Positions 27,131 to 38,813 of a DNA stretch of 64,000 nucleotides are shown here, piece by piece. The notes under the pieces are model-generated. The model searched no databases, was not told the DNA's origin, and saw nothing but the letters and a program-made list of their open reading frames with translations. Source of the stretch: Patescibacteria group bacterium (GTDB lineage Bacteria > Patescibacteriota > Minisyncoccia > Phycocordibacterales > Phycocordibacteraceae); assembly GCA_040388985.1 (NCBI GenBank), contig JAZKAU010000002.1:247642-311641 (forward strand), given 5' to 3'. Made by a program: the position numbers and the translations under genes. The number at the start of each line of letters is the position of its first letter. The first letter of the stretch is position 1.

Positions 27131-28906
27131 ATGAACATCCTCACGCTTCTGACCGACATAGGGACGCTGAAGCCCGAAGACGCGACCGCGATAGCTGACG
27201 AGTCGCGCACGTCGCAGACGCCGGTTGAGACTCTGCTTGAGAAGCGCGGCATAACTACTGAGACCATCCTCGCGGAAGCCGGGAAGCGCTACAGCATGCC
27301 GTACAAGATCCTTGCGCCCGGTCCCATCGGCAAGAAGGCGCTCGAGTACATTCCGGAAGAGTCCGCGAAGCACTATGGCTTCGCGCCCATCGGCCTTGAG
27401 GGCGGCGCACTCCAGGTGGGTATTACGGACCCTGACAACATCGAAGCGCTCGACGCGCTGCAATTCATCGCAGGGCGCGTGGGTCTGCCGTACAAGCTCT
27501 TTCTCATAAGCCAGGTCGACTTTAATAAGGTGATGGACGAATACGGGAGTTTCTCGGGCGAGGTGAGCGAAGCGCTTTCCGAGCTTGAACCGACCGAGAT
27601 TCCTGAGGAAACTAAAGGCAAGAAGAAGGATGAACCCGAAGAGCACACCATCAAGGAGGACGCACCGGTTACGAAGATCGTCCAGACCATCCTGCGTTAC
27701 GCGGTAGAAGGCGGTGCCTCCGACATCCACATCGAACCGACTCCTGAGAAGACGCAGGTGCGTTTCCGCATGGACGGCAAGCTCCACATGTCGCTCGAAC
27801 TTCCGGGGAAAGTGCATCCGGCGGTCGTTGCGCGCATAAAGATACTCTCGCAGATGCGCCTCGATGAGCGGCGCAAGCCGCAGGACGGCCGTTTCTCCGC
27901 TACGGTCGAAGGCAGGCGTATCGACTTCCGCGTCTCGACCTTCCCGACGCAGTTCGGCGAGAAGGTCGTGATGCGTATCCTCGACCGCTCGAAGTCGGTC
28001 GCGACCCTCGAGAGCCTCGGCTTCACCGAACGAGACTTCCAGACTATCCAAGAGATCATCGCAAAGCCCTACGGCATCATCCTCATATCCGGACCTACCG
28101 GTTCGGGTAAGTCGACGACGCTCTTCGCGATGCTCTCGGCACTCGACCGGGAAGCGCTGAATGTGGTATCGGTCGAAGACCCGGTCGAGTATGAGATACC
28201 GGGCGTCGCGCAATCGCAGGTCCATCCGGAAATCGGGTACACCTTCGCCTCAGGTCTGCGCTCCATCCTGCGTCAGGATCCGAACGTCATCATGGTGGGA
28301 GAGATTCGTGATAAGGAGACCGCGCAGCTGGCCATTCAGGCGGCGCTCACGGGCCACCTGGTCTTCTCGACCATCCACACGAATACGGCTGCAGGCGTCA
28401 TTCCGCGTCTGGTAGACATGGGCGTTGACCCGTATCTCATCGCGCCCACGCTCATAGCGGCCATCGGCCAGCGTCTTGTCCGCAAGCTCTGTCCGGGAGC
28501 GGGAGTCGGTACGCCCGTCTCAGACAGCGTGAAGCTCAGGCTTGAGAAGGATTTCTCGGATCTTCCGGAAGAGTTCCGGAAGACGGTCCCGCCATTCACT
28601 ACCCTCTATGAAGCCTCGACGACGCCTGACTGTCCGAATGGCACCCGCGGGCGTCTCGCGGTGTTCGAGATCCTCAAGATGGATAAGGATCTGGAGAAAG
28701 TCGTGCTCGAGCATCCGATAGAAGAGAAGGTATACGCTGCCGCCCGCGAAAAGGGCATGTTTACGATGCGCGAGGATGCTATCATGAAAGCGTTAGTCGG
28801 CCAGATACCGTTCCAGGAAGTTGATACGCTGGGCGGCGCGCTCCTGGCTGACGAAGAGAGCGAAGAGAATGTCGAGAGTGAAGAGCCGGCGCAGGCGCCC
28901 TTATAA
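27131..28906 (+). CDS. pilB: type IV pilus assembly ATPase PilB (GspE family)
   Basis: N-terminal GSPII domain, Walker A GPTGSGKSTT, Asp box, Walker B, His box, tetracysteine-like CPGAG...CPNGTRG. Confidence 0.9.
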   Translation: MNILTLLTDIGTLKPEDATAIADESRTSQTPVETLLEKRGITTETILAEAGKRYSMPYKILAPGPIGKKALEYIPEESAKHYGFAPIGLEGGALQVGITDPDNIEALDALQFIAGRVGLPYKLFLISQVDFNKVMDEYGSFSGEVSEALSELEPTEIPEETKGKKKDEPEEHTIKEDAPVTKIVQTILRYAVEGGASDIHIEPTPEKTQVRFRMDGKLHMSLELPGKVHPAVVARIKILSQMRLDERRKPQDGRFSATVEGRRIDFRVSTFPTQFGEKVVMRILDRSKSVATLESLGFTERDFQTIQEIIAKPYGIILISGPTGSGKSTTLFAMLSALDREALNVVSVEDPVEYEIPGVAQSQVHPEIGYTFASGLRSILRQDPNVIMVGEIRDKETAQLAIQAALTGHLVFSTIHTNTAAGVIPRLVDMGVDPYLIAPTLIAAIGQRLVRKLCPGAGVGTPVSDSVKLRLEKDFSDLPEEFRKTVPPFTTLYEASTTPDCPNGTRGRLAVFEILKMDKDLEKVVLEHPIEEKVYAAAREKGMFTMREDAIMKALVGQIPFQEVDTLGGALLADEESEENVESEEPAQAPL

Positions 28907-28917
28907 CTGACTACCGC

Positions 28918-29322
28918 ATGGCACCAACGAAACCTTACAAAATATATCTGGTCGACGATGATCGTTTCCTGCTCGACATGTATGCGGTGAAATTCAAGGC
29001 CGCAGGTCACGAAGTGGCGGCCTTCCCGGGCGGTATGGCAGTGCTTGAAGCCCTGCGCAAAGGACCTGCGCCTGACGCCTTGTTGCTCGATATCATGATG
29101 CCCGAGATAGACGGCTTCGGCGTGCTCGAAGCCGTACGCAAGGAACATCTCGGAGAACCCGCCATGAAGGTCATCGTACTTTCCAATCAAGGACAGCCTG
29201 CAGATATCGAACGCGCCACTGCCTTCAAGGTGGACGGATACATCATCAAGGCTTCTGCCATACCATCGGAAGTATTCTCCGAGACCATTCGCATCATCGA
29301 GGCTTCCCAGGCAGCCATCTAA
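28918..29322 (+). CDS. single-domain response regulator (CheY-like receiver)
   Basis: KIYLVDDD, phospho-acceptor D in LLLDIMMPEIDG, conserved K in IKAS. Confidence 0.8.
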   Translation: MAPTKPYKIYLVDDDRFLLDMYAVKFKAAGHEVAAFPGGMAVLEALRKGPAPDALLLDIMMPEIDGFGVLEAVRKEHLGEPAMKVIVLSNQGQPADIERATAFKVDGYIIKASAIPSEVFSETIRIIEASQAAI

Positions 29323-29354
29323 CCTGGCGCCGATAAAGCGTTACGAACATTCAT

Positions 29355-30431
29355 TTGATACCCATGACTCCTGAAATAAAACAACGCATAGCTACGCTGC
29401 TCGACACCGTCGTTTCCGAAGGGGGGTCGGACTTGCACTTATCGGTAGGGAGCCATCCCATCGTACGCGTCTCGGGGTCCCTCGTATCCCTGCTCCAGCA
29501 GCCGGTACTTACTCCTGAGGACACGAGCGCGATACTGAATGCTATGGCGCCTGCAGCGCGCCTCGAGAAGTTCGCGGCTGATCAGACCATCGATTTCTCA
29601 TACGCGCATACGGCCGTCGCCCGCTTCCGCGTCAACGGCTTCGTCGTGCAAGGCTCAGTCGCGCTCGCCATGCGCCTCATCCCGCACGAGACGCACACCT
29701 TCGAGAAGCTCAATCTCCCGCCTATCCTCGAGGTCTTCACTCAGCGCCAGCAGGGCTTCTTCCTCATCGTAGGCCCGGTCGGTCAGGGAAAGTCGACGAC
29801 GATGGCCGCCATCATCGACCGCATCAATGAGACGCGCGCCGAGCACATCGTCACCATCGAGGACCCGGTCGAATACATCTTCGACGCGAAAAAGTCTCTC
29901 ATCCATCAGCGCGAAGTGCATATTGATGCGCCGGACTTCCACAGCGCGCTTCAATCGGCCTTCCGCGAGGACGTGAACGTCATCATGGTGGGCGAGATGC
30001 GCGATCAGGAGACGATCTCCTCCGCCGTTACCGCAGCTGAGACCGGCCACCTCGTCCTCTCGACACTTCACACCAATAACGCCGCGCAGACCATCGACCG
30101 TATCATCGATATGTTCCCGCCTAACCAGCAGGATCAGGTGCGTGTGCAGCTGGCAGGCTCTCTCGCCGGCATCTTCTCGCAGCGCCTGGTGCCGCGCATC
30201 GCCGGCGGCCTCATCCCGGCCTACGAGCTTCTCATCAATAACAGCGCCATCGCCAACCTCATCCGCGAGGGCCGCACGCACGAGATATCGACGGTTATTC
30301 AGACCAGCTCCCAGGAAGGCATGATCGATATGGATCGTTCGCTTGCAGAGCTCGTTCGCCGCGGCGAAGTTACGATCGAGCACGCCTATGAACGGGCGTC
30401 TGATCCTAAGACCTTCGAACGCTATCTCTAA
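29355..30431 (+). CDS. pilT: twitching motility / pilus retraction ATPase PilT
   Basis: Walker A GPVGQGKSTT, VTIEDPVEY, AIRNLIREGRTHE-like motif. Confidence 0.88.
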   Translation: MIPMTPEIKQRIATLLDTVVSEGGSDLHLSVGSHPIVRVSGSLVSLLQQPVLTPEDTSAILNAMAPAARLEKFAADQTIDFSYAHTAVARFRVNGFVVQGSVALAMRLIPHETHTFEKLNLPPILEVFTQRQQGFFLIVGPVGQGKSTTMAAIIDRINETRAEHIVTIEDPVEYIFDAKKSLIHQREVHIDAPDFHSALQSAFREDVNVIMVGEMRDQETISSAVTAAETGHLVLSTLHTNNAAQTIDRIIDMFPPNQQDQVRVQLAGSLAGIFSQRLVPRIAGGLIPAYELLINNSAIANLIREGRTHEISTVIQTSSQEGMIDMDRSLAELVRRGEVTIEHAYERASDPKTFERYL

Positions 30432-30606
30432 GGACAAACTAAAACGTTCATCTGCGTCGTTGCTCGCTCCGATTCGCATTCACCGTATAGCTCATACGGC
30501 TCATTGCGATTCTCGCTCGTGCCTAGCATCTGAAGCCTTTTAGACTTGCCCTTAATCCCCGCAGGGCGCTATCTGTAGGCCTCGCTTTGCTATAAGCTAT
30601 AGGTAC

Positions 30607-31815
30607 ATGCTGTTCAGCTACCACGCACTCGACCAAGACGGACATGAGCGGCAGGGCACCGTAGAGGCGCTCTCCATGGATGTCGCCGTCTCGACGCTCC
30701 AGCGCCGCAGCCTCATCGTCTCTTCCATCGAGCCTGCGATAAAGAAGTCGCTGTTGCAGATAGATATCTCGCTCTTCAAGCGCGTCTCGAATAAGGACGT
30801 GGTTATCCTCTCGCGCCAGATAGCGACTCTGTTCGAGGCACAGGTGTCGGCGCTGCGCATCTTCCGCCTCCTTGCCGCTGAAGTCGACAACAAGACCCTT
30901 GCCGAAGTCATGACGCAAGTCGCTGACGACCTGCAAGGCGGCAGCCCGATATCCAAGGCGATGGCCCGGCATCCGAAAGTCTTCAGCAACTTTTACGTGA
31001 ATATGGTTCGTTCAGGAGAGGAGTCCGGAAAGCTCTCGGATACCTTCGGCTACCTTGCCGACTATCTCGACCGTACCTACGAAGTCATGAGCAAGGCGCA
31101 GAACGCCCTCATCTATCCGGCCTTCGTCATCGGCGTCTTCGTCATCGTCATGGCGCTCATGCTCACGATGGTCATCCCGCGTATCAGCGCCATCCTCACT
31201 GAATCTGGCTCTGCCATTCCGGTCTATACGCAGGTCGTCATCGCCCTCTCGAATTTCCTCGTGCACTACGGCTTCTTCATCCTTATCGCCATCGCCATCG
31301 GTATCGTCTTCATCTACCGCTCCTTGCAGACGCCGGCAGGCAAGCTTTTCTTTGACAGCTTCAAGCTCGACGTGCCGTATATCGGCGATCTGTATCAGAA
31401 GCTCTATCTCTCGCGCATCGCGGATAACTTCTCGACCATGCTCGTCTCGGGCGTACCTGTGGTGGAAGCGGTCGAAATCACTGCATCCGTGGTCGGAAGT
31501 GCGACCTACGAGCGCATCCTTGCTGAGACGGGCGAAGCAGTTAAGGGAGGATCATCCATATCGGATGCGCTCGGCAGGCACCCGGAGATTCCCGGCATCA
31601 TGACGGCCATGATAAAGGTGGGGGAGGAGACGGGAGAGTTGGGCACGATTCTCTCGACGCTGGCCAAGTTCTATCGCCGCGAAGTGTCGACCGCGGTCGA
31701 TACCCTCGTCGACCTCATCGAGCCGCTCATGATAGTGCTGCTCGGTCTTGGCGTCGGAACGCTCCTTGCCTCGGTGCTCATACCTATCTATAACCTCGCC
31801 GGATCCATCAATTAG
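30607..31815 (+). CDS. pilC: type IV pilus platform protein PilC (GspF family)
   Basis: Two GspF repeats, three TM segments, 402 aa. Confidence 0.88.
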   Translation: MLFSYHALDQDGHERQGTVEALSMDVAVSTLQRRSLIVSSIEPAIKKSLLQIDISLFKRVSNKDVVILSRQIATLFEAQVSALRIFRLLAAEVDNKTLAEVMTQVADDLQGGSPISKAMARHPKVFSNFYVNMVRSGEESGKLSDTFGYLADYLDRTYEVMSKAQNALIYPAFVIGVFVIVMALMLTMVIPRISAILTESGSAIPVYTQVVIALSNFLVHYGFFILIAIAIGIVFIYRSLQTPAGKLFFDSFKLDVPYIGDLYQKLYLSRIADNFSTMLVSGVPVVEAVEITASVVGSATYERILAETGEAVKGGSSISDALGRHPEIPGIMTAMIKVGEETGELGTILSTLAKFYRREVSTAVDTLVDLIEPLMIVLLGLGVGTLLASVLIPIYNLAGSIN

Positions 31816-31910
31816 CGGGATTATCCACAGGGAGCGTATACATTCCTTCATCTTCACGTACAATACGGGAAGCGGACCACTTATTTATCAACCCGCATCA
31901 CCAATCTTTT

Positions 31911-32357
31911 ATGACACTAGTATCCTCTAAAGCACGACGCGGTCTTTCCGAGGACGCGCGCTCAGGCTTCACCCTCATCGAGCTCCTCGTCGTTATAGCC
32001 ATCATCGGCATCCTCTCGTCGGTCGTGCTGGCTTCGCTCAACACCGCTCGCAATAAGGGTGCAGATGCGGCTATCAAGTCGAACATCAATAACGCGCGCG
32101 CTGCAGCGGAGCTCTACTACGACTCTCAGTCGCCTAACAGCTATACGGGCGTCTGTGCCTCAGCCAGCGGTATCGCCCCTATGGTTACGGGAACGAACAG
32201 TGCCGGAGGTACGGCATCATGTCTTGATACGGGCGGCGCTGCATGGAGACTCTCTTCTGTGCTGAAGGCAGTCTCTCCGACGAGTTATTACTGCGTCGAT
32301 AGCACTGGCGTCTCCAAGATCACTACTACGGCTCCTACCACGACTGCGTGTCCGTAA
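31911..32357 (+). CDS. type IV major pilin (prepilin), paralogue 1
   Basis: Class III signal: leader ...ARSG / FTLIELLVVIAIIGILSSV with E5. Confidence 0.8.
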   Translation: MTLVSSKARRGLSEDARSGFTLIELLVVIAIIGILSSVVLASLNTARNKGADAAIKSNINNARAAAELYYDSQSPNSYTGVCASASGIAPMVTGTNSAGGTASCLDTGGAAWRLSSVLKAVSPTSYYCVDSTGVSKITTTAPTTTACP

Positions 32358-32376
32358 GGATCAGAAGGATACTGTG

Positions 32377-32431
32377 CCGGTGTGCATAGCAAAGGGCGAC
32401 CCGAAGGGTCGCCCTTTGCTATGCACACCGG
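32377..32431. terminator. 25-bp perfect-stem hairpin between the paralogous pilin genes
   Basis: CCGGTGTGCATAGCAAAGGGCGACC cgaag GGTCGCCCTTTGCTATGCACACCGG; no U-tract. Confidence 0.5.
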
Positions 32432-32499
32432 CTACGCCGTCAGTAGGTCGCGTGGCGTATAGTAAAGATATCAGCCGTTAACGGAACGAATGCATTTCT

Positions 32500-32997
32500 A
32501 TGTCCCTATCTAGCCGAAGTAATCAAGCCGGCTTCACCCTCATCGAGCTCCTCGTCGTTATAGCCATCATCGGCATCCTCTCGTCGGTCGTGCTGGCTTC
32601 GCTCAACACCGCTCGCAATAAGGGTGCAGATGCGGCTATCAAGTCGAATCTCGCTAACGCGCGAGCGCAGGCAGAATCGTATTACGACAGCAACACTCTG
32701 AGCTATCTGAATGCCTGCACGTCGGGCGCTACCGCTGCCGGCGTGAAGGGTATCTATGACTTCGCCCTCTCTGCCTCGAACTCCGCGGGCATTGCTCTGG
32801 CGAATCTGAACACTACGCTTGGAAACGCTGGCGCGGTCGGTCTCAAGGTGACCTGCCACGCTTCTGCAACGGGATACGCTCTCGAGTCGCCGCTCAAGAC
32901 GGACGCTACGAAGATGTATTGTGTCGACAATCTGGGCTTCAACGGCGTTCAGAATACCGGTCAGTTCCTCGCCGGTAGCGATGTACAGTGTAATTAG
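32500..32997 (+). CDS. type IV major pilin (prepilin), paralogue 2
   Basis: Leader MSLSSRSNQAG / FTLIELLVV. The first ~45 mature residues are identical to paralogue 1. Confidence 0.8.
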   Translation: MSLSSRSNQAGFTLIELLVVIAIIGILSSVVLASLNTARNKGADAAIKSNLANARAQAESYYDSNTLSYLNACTSGATAAGVKGIYDFALSASNSAGIALANLNTTLGNAGAVGLKVTCHASATGYALESPLKTDATKMYCVDNLGFNGVQNTGQFLAGSDVQCN

Positions 32998-33033
32998 CAT
33001 GCAGGACGCCAGACTCTCGCAGGTGACGCGCGC

Positions 33034-33783
33034 ATGACCGCTCTTATTCTCAGCTCCCTCGCCATACTCGGCGCGATATGCGCGAGTTTTGTGGGTGTCG
33101 TCGCTGAGCGCGCGTATACCGGTCAGTCATGGAAGCGCGGGCGTTCGCGCTGCAATTCGTGCCGGCAGTCGCTCGGTGCCCGTGACCTGCTGCCGGCAGT
33201 ATCCTGGTTCGCATATCGTGGACGATGCCGCATGTGCCGCTCGAAAGTACCAGTGCGCTACGCAGTGTCTGAAATCGCCCTCGCGGCTCTCTTTGTGCTC
33301 AGCTACCTACATCTGGGTCTGGGTCTTCCGCTCGTGCTCTTTCTCAGCTTCCTTTGCGTATTAAGCTTCGTCGTTATCTACGATCTGCACCACCACATCG
33401 TTCCGCTACCCGCCTCGGCACTTCTGATACTCATCGCTCTGGCGTATATGCTCACGACTGCCAGTACTATCGCTCATCTTGAATTCACGCTACTCGTAGC
33501 CGCTCTCGTCGCGCTCTTCTTCTTCAGCCTCTATTTCTTCTCTCGCGGACGAGCCATGGGACTCGGCGATACGCCGGTAGCCTTCGCGCTCTCGCTCCTT
33601 AGCGGTTCTACGGCCATAGCTGGGCTCTTCTTCTCTTTCTGGGTGGGGGCGGTTATCGGCATTGCCATATTGGTTTCTCGCCCCGGTGGGCCTAGAATGG
33701 GTATAGAGGTGCCGTTCGTGCCGTTTCTCGCGATCGGCTTTCTCCTGGCATTCTTTACCCAATGGAACCCGCTCCCTTTCTAA
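33034..33783 (+). CDS. pilD: prepilin peptidase PilD (A24 family)
   Basis: N-terminal Zn-binding CNSC...CRMC, catalytic Asp motifs, polytopic membrane protein. Confidence 0.82.
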   Translation: MTALILSSLAILGAICASFVGVVAERAYTGQSWKRGRSRCNSCRQSLGARDLLPAVSWFAYRGRCRMCRSKVPVRYAVSEIALAALFVLSYLHLGLGLPLVLFLSFLCVLSFVVIYDLHHHIVPLPASALLILIALAYMLTTASTIAHLEFTLLVAALVALFFFSLYFFSRGRAMGLGDTPVAFALSLLSGSTAIAGLFFSFWVGAVIGIAILVSRPGGPRMGIEVPFVPFLAIGFLLAFFTQWNPLPF

Positions 33784-33827
33784 GACTTGCAGACAGAAGA
33801 CGTGCATCGCGAAGCGATGCACGTGAT

Positions 33828-34505
33828 GTGGCGGCCTGCGCTCCGGCAGGGTTCACGCTGGTAGAGATGGTAGTCGTGCTCGCTATCATAGGGATACTCA
33901 CGACGATAACCCTGCTCGGCCAGTCGACGTTCAATCAATCCCTCCTGCTTACCGACACTGCCTATACGATGGCCTTCTCAGCGCGCGAAGCGCAATCCTT
34001 CGGCCTCTCGAGCCGGCAATTCGGCGGGATACAGAACGCGGGCGCGGGCTATGGCCTGCATTTCGACCGCTCTTTGCCGGGTTCCTATATCCTCTTTGCC
34101 GACATATCCCATTTCTTAACCCCCGTGTCTTCTACGATATGCCCGCCGAATGTCCCGGGTACGCCTGAGCAGCGCCCGGGTAATTGTCGCTATGATGCTT
34201 CAGGTCCCGCCGACGGTACGGTCGAGACATTCACCTTTTCACGCGGCTTCACTATACTGAGGTTCTGCGGAAAGACATCAGGATCCTCGAAAGAATGTTC
34301 AGACGACTCCTCCTTGCCGCTTACATCGCTTGATATCGTATTTACGAGGCCCAATACGTCCGCAACCATATCGGGCATGCGCGCGAGCTCGCTCGACCTG
34401 TTCTCCTGTGCCGAAGTGACGGTCACCGACCAGACCAAGACGGCGTCGAAGATCATACGCTTATCCCAGTTGGGCGAGATATCCGTAGGCCAGACATGTC
34501 CATGA
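33828..34505 (+). CDS. minor pilin / pseudopilin
   Basis: Prepilin N-terminus AG / FTLVEMVVVLAIIGIL. The likely start is the in-frame GTG at 33828, giving an 8-aa leader; the ATG-initiated frame starts at 33762 and overlaps pilD. Confidence 0.6.
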   Translation: MAACAPAGFTLVEMVVVLAIIGILTTITLLGQSTFNQSLLLTDTAYTMAFSAREAQSFGLSSRQFGGIQNAGAGYGLHFDRSLPGSYILFADISHFLTPVSSTICPPNVPGTPEQRPGNCRYDASGPADGTVETFTFSRGFTILRFCGKTSGSSKECSDDSSLPLTSLDIVFTRPNTSATISGMRASSLDLFSCAEVTVTDQTKTASKIIRLSQLGEISVGQTCP

Positions 34506-34585
34506 TGAAAACAGCAGATAGCACAGAGAGGATAGGAGATAATGGCAATGCGACGCGCCGCGTCGCACGGGCTACTATTCCCCAT

Positions 34586-35155
34586 ATGCTCACCCCTAAG
34601 CACTCGCCGCGTGGCTTCACCCTGCTCGAGCTCATCGTCTCCATCGGCCTTTTCACCGTGGTCATGACCATTGCCATGAGCGCCTATCTTTCGCTCATCA
34701 GTCTCAACCGGAAAGCGCGCGCTACTAACGACGTCGTCTCGAATCTCTCCTATGTCGTCGAGTCCATGGGTCGTTCTATCCGAACCGGCACGAATTACGA
34801 CTGCGGAGGGCTCGGAGGAGCCCAGAATTGCTGGGATTCGACCGGCAGCACGCAGTTCAATTTTACCAACAGCAATGGTCAGACCATGACCTATCTCCTG
34901 CAGTCGGGGGGCGTCATAGGCATGTGCCCTGACGCTACGTCATGCGGCAATCCGCAGCCGCTCACCGATCCGCGCATAAATGTTACAGACCTGCACTTCT
35001 TCGTGCAGGGAGTCGGCACGACTGGCGGGGACCTGAGCCTCCAGCCGCGCGTCGTCTTCACTATTTCTGGCTCGATAACGCCTGAAGTCGGCGCTGCGCC
35101 CGTGAGCTTCAGCATCCAGAGCAGCGCGACCGAGCGTCTCATCGACATACCATGA
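34586..35155 (+). CDS. minor pilin / pseudopilin
   Basis: MLTPKHSPRG / FTLLELIVSIGLF; the longer frame starts at 34496. Confidence 0.6.
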   Translation: MLTPKHSPRGFTLLELIVSIGLFTVVMTIAMSAYLSLISLNRKARATNDVVSNLSYVVESMGRSIRTGTNYDCGGLGGAQNCWDSTGSTQFNFTNSNGQTMTYLLQSGGVIGMCPDATSCGNPQPLTDPRINVTDLHFFVQGVGTTGGDLSLQPRVVFTISGSITPEVGAAPVSFSIQSSATERLIDIP

Positions 35156-35220
35156 TGAAAAGAGCGCATACCATGCAGTTGATAGGGAAGACACGAACCG
35201 CATCAGGCAGTGATACAGGC

Positions 35221-35748
35221 ATGACCGCGCTGCCTCCCGCAGGCTTCACCTTAGTCGAGACCTTGGTCGCCATAACGATACTCATGATAGCTATCGTAGG
35301 TCCGTTCTACTCCGTGCAGCAGGCGATCAGCGCTTCATACGCTGCGCGCGACCAGCTCATCGCCTCATCGCTCGCGCAGGAAGGTGCCGAATACATCTAT
35401 TTCCTTCGCGATAATAACTATCTGTCGGGTACCGGTAACTCATGGCTTCAGAATATGGATGCCTGCAAGGTGAATACTCTCTCGGACCCGGGCTGTACGG
35501 TCGATCCGACACAGGGTAATGCGCTTGCTGCCTGCTCGTCGAGCGGGTGCCTGCCGCTACGACTGAGCTCTACCGGCCTTTACACGCAGAATACTCTCGG
35601 CGGATATCCGGTGACGCGCTTCACGCGCACGGTCAAGATCCTGCAAGTCTCGGCGAGCGAAGCGAAGGTCGTCGTGCAGGTTACATGGTCTACGAGCCAC
35701 CGGCCGTATACTATTACGGTGACTGACGACCTCTATAACTGGCTATGA
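35221..35748 (+). CDS. minor pilin / pseudopilin
   Basis: MTALPPAG / FTLVETLVAITILMIAI; the longer frame starts at 35152. Confidence 0.65.
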   Translation: MTALPPAGFTLVETLVAITILMIAIVGPFYSVQQAISASYAARDQLIASSLAQEGAEYIYFLRDNNYLSGTGNSWLQNMDACKVNTLSDPGCTVDPTQGNALAACSSSGCLPLRLSSTGLYTQNTLGGYPVTRFTRTVKILQVSASEAKVVVQVTWSTSHRPYTITVTDDLYNWL

Positions 35749-36257
35749 TGACTCCCACTATCTTTCCTCGGGAGCTTGTCCAGGACGCACGTTCCGGGTT
35801 CGCGCTCCTCATAGCTATCATCTTCACTTCGGTGGTGCTCGCGCTCGGCGCATCTCTGCTTGATGTCGCCTATAAGCAGGTGTTGCTCTCCTCAAGCGCG
35901 AAGCAGTCGCAGTACGCCTTCTATAACGCCGATTCGGCCCTTGAGTGCGCGCTGTACTGGGATCAGACATCCAACGCATTCAGCTATAGCGCGCCTGCGC
36001 CCGGTGGATCGATCGTCTGCGACAGCCAGGCGGTAAAGGCCTATTCAAGCACTCAAGATGCGTTCGCCGGACTGCGCACTACAGTCTTCGGCACCTCCGA
36101 TACGTCAGACCCTACCTGCACAGGAAGCAATATCTCGGCCACCGTGACCGTGCTCAAGCAAACCGACGGGAGCACCAGGATATACGCTGATGGATATAAT
36201 ACGTGCAACGCATCAAGCAATACTAGGATTGAGCGCGGCCTGAAAGTTCACTATTAA
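35745..36257 (+). CDS. minor pilin-like protein
   Basis: ARSG / FALLIAIIFTSVVLAL N-terminal hydrophobic segment. 4-nt overlap with the upstream gene. Confidence 0.55.
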   Translation: MMTPTIFPRELVQDARSGFALLIAIIFTSVVLALGASLLDVAYKQVLLSSSAKQSQYAFYNADSALECALYWDQTSNAFSYSAPAPGGSIVCDSQAVKAYSSTQDAFAGLRTTVFGTSDTSDPTCTGSNISATVTVLKQTDGSTRIYADGYNTCNASSNTRIERGLKVHY

Positions 36258-36295
36258 AGGGTCTCCTGGTTTCCCGACCTGCGGCGTTCATGCTT

Positions 36296-36450
36296 CTGCT
36301 CCGCCTCACCACAAGGCCTACCTCGGAAGGCAGGCACTCCTTATTTGCTAACTCCAGCCCGTCGTAAGCAAATAATGTCGGGTACTTCCAATCTCTAATC
36401 GCTTCGCTCAAGAGATTTAGGTCGTGCATATCGGGTTTTTTAGAAACCTC
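36296..36450 (+). repeat. structured intergenic element R2 (paralogue of R1)
   Basis: CTGCTCCGCCTCACCACAAGG; hairpin TTATTTGCT...AGCAAATAATG; GTACTTCC; TTCGCT; ATATCGGGTTTTTTAGAAACCTC. Confidence 0.4.
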
Positions 36451-36476
36451 TTACGGTGGTTGCCTGCGCGCGGTAG

Positions 36477-38504
<2,028 letters not shown>

Positions 38505-38516
38505 TACAGTCCTTCT

Positions 38517-38813
38517 ATGAAAGAGAATGACGGTACGGTAGAACGCCTGGCGGCGCTTGCGCGCATATCGGTCGCGCCTGAACGCGCCTCGGCATTTGGA
38601 AAAGAATTTTCGAGCATACTCACGTATATCGGCCAGCTTGACGAACTAACGCTTCCGAACCAGGGAGCGCCGGAGGCGCCTCTGCATCACAACGCCTTCC
38701 GGGACGATGGCGAGGCGTACATTCCGGGAACATGGACGGAGACGCTCGTGCGCGCCTTCCCGTTCAAGCGAGGGAGTACGCTTCAGGTAAAGAAGATTAT
38801 CACGCATGACTAA
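38517..38813 (+). CDS. gatC: Asp-tRNA(Asn)/Glu-tRNA(Gln) amidotransferase subunit C
   Basis: 98 aa with a GatC-like ERLAALARISVAPE...ILTYIGQLDEL motif, immediately upstream of gatA. Confidence 0.82.
   Translation: MKENDGTVERLAALARISVAPERASAFGKEFSSILTYIGQLDELTLPNQGAPEAPLHHNAFRDDGEAYIPGTWTETLVRAFPFKRGSTLQVKKIITHD

Noticed and set aside
27080-28225. 381-aa ORF antisense to pilB
   Set aside because: High-GC shadow ORF with Arg/Leu-rich composition; pilB motifs are unambiguous on the plus strand.
29655-30479. 274-aa ORF antisense to pilT
   Set aside because: Shadow ORF inside a well-supported gene.
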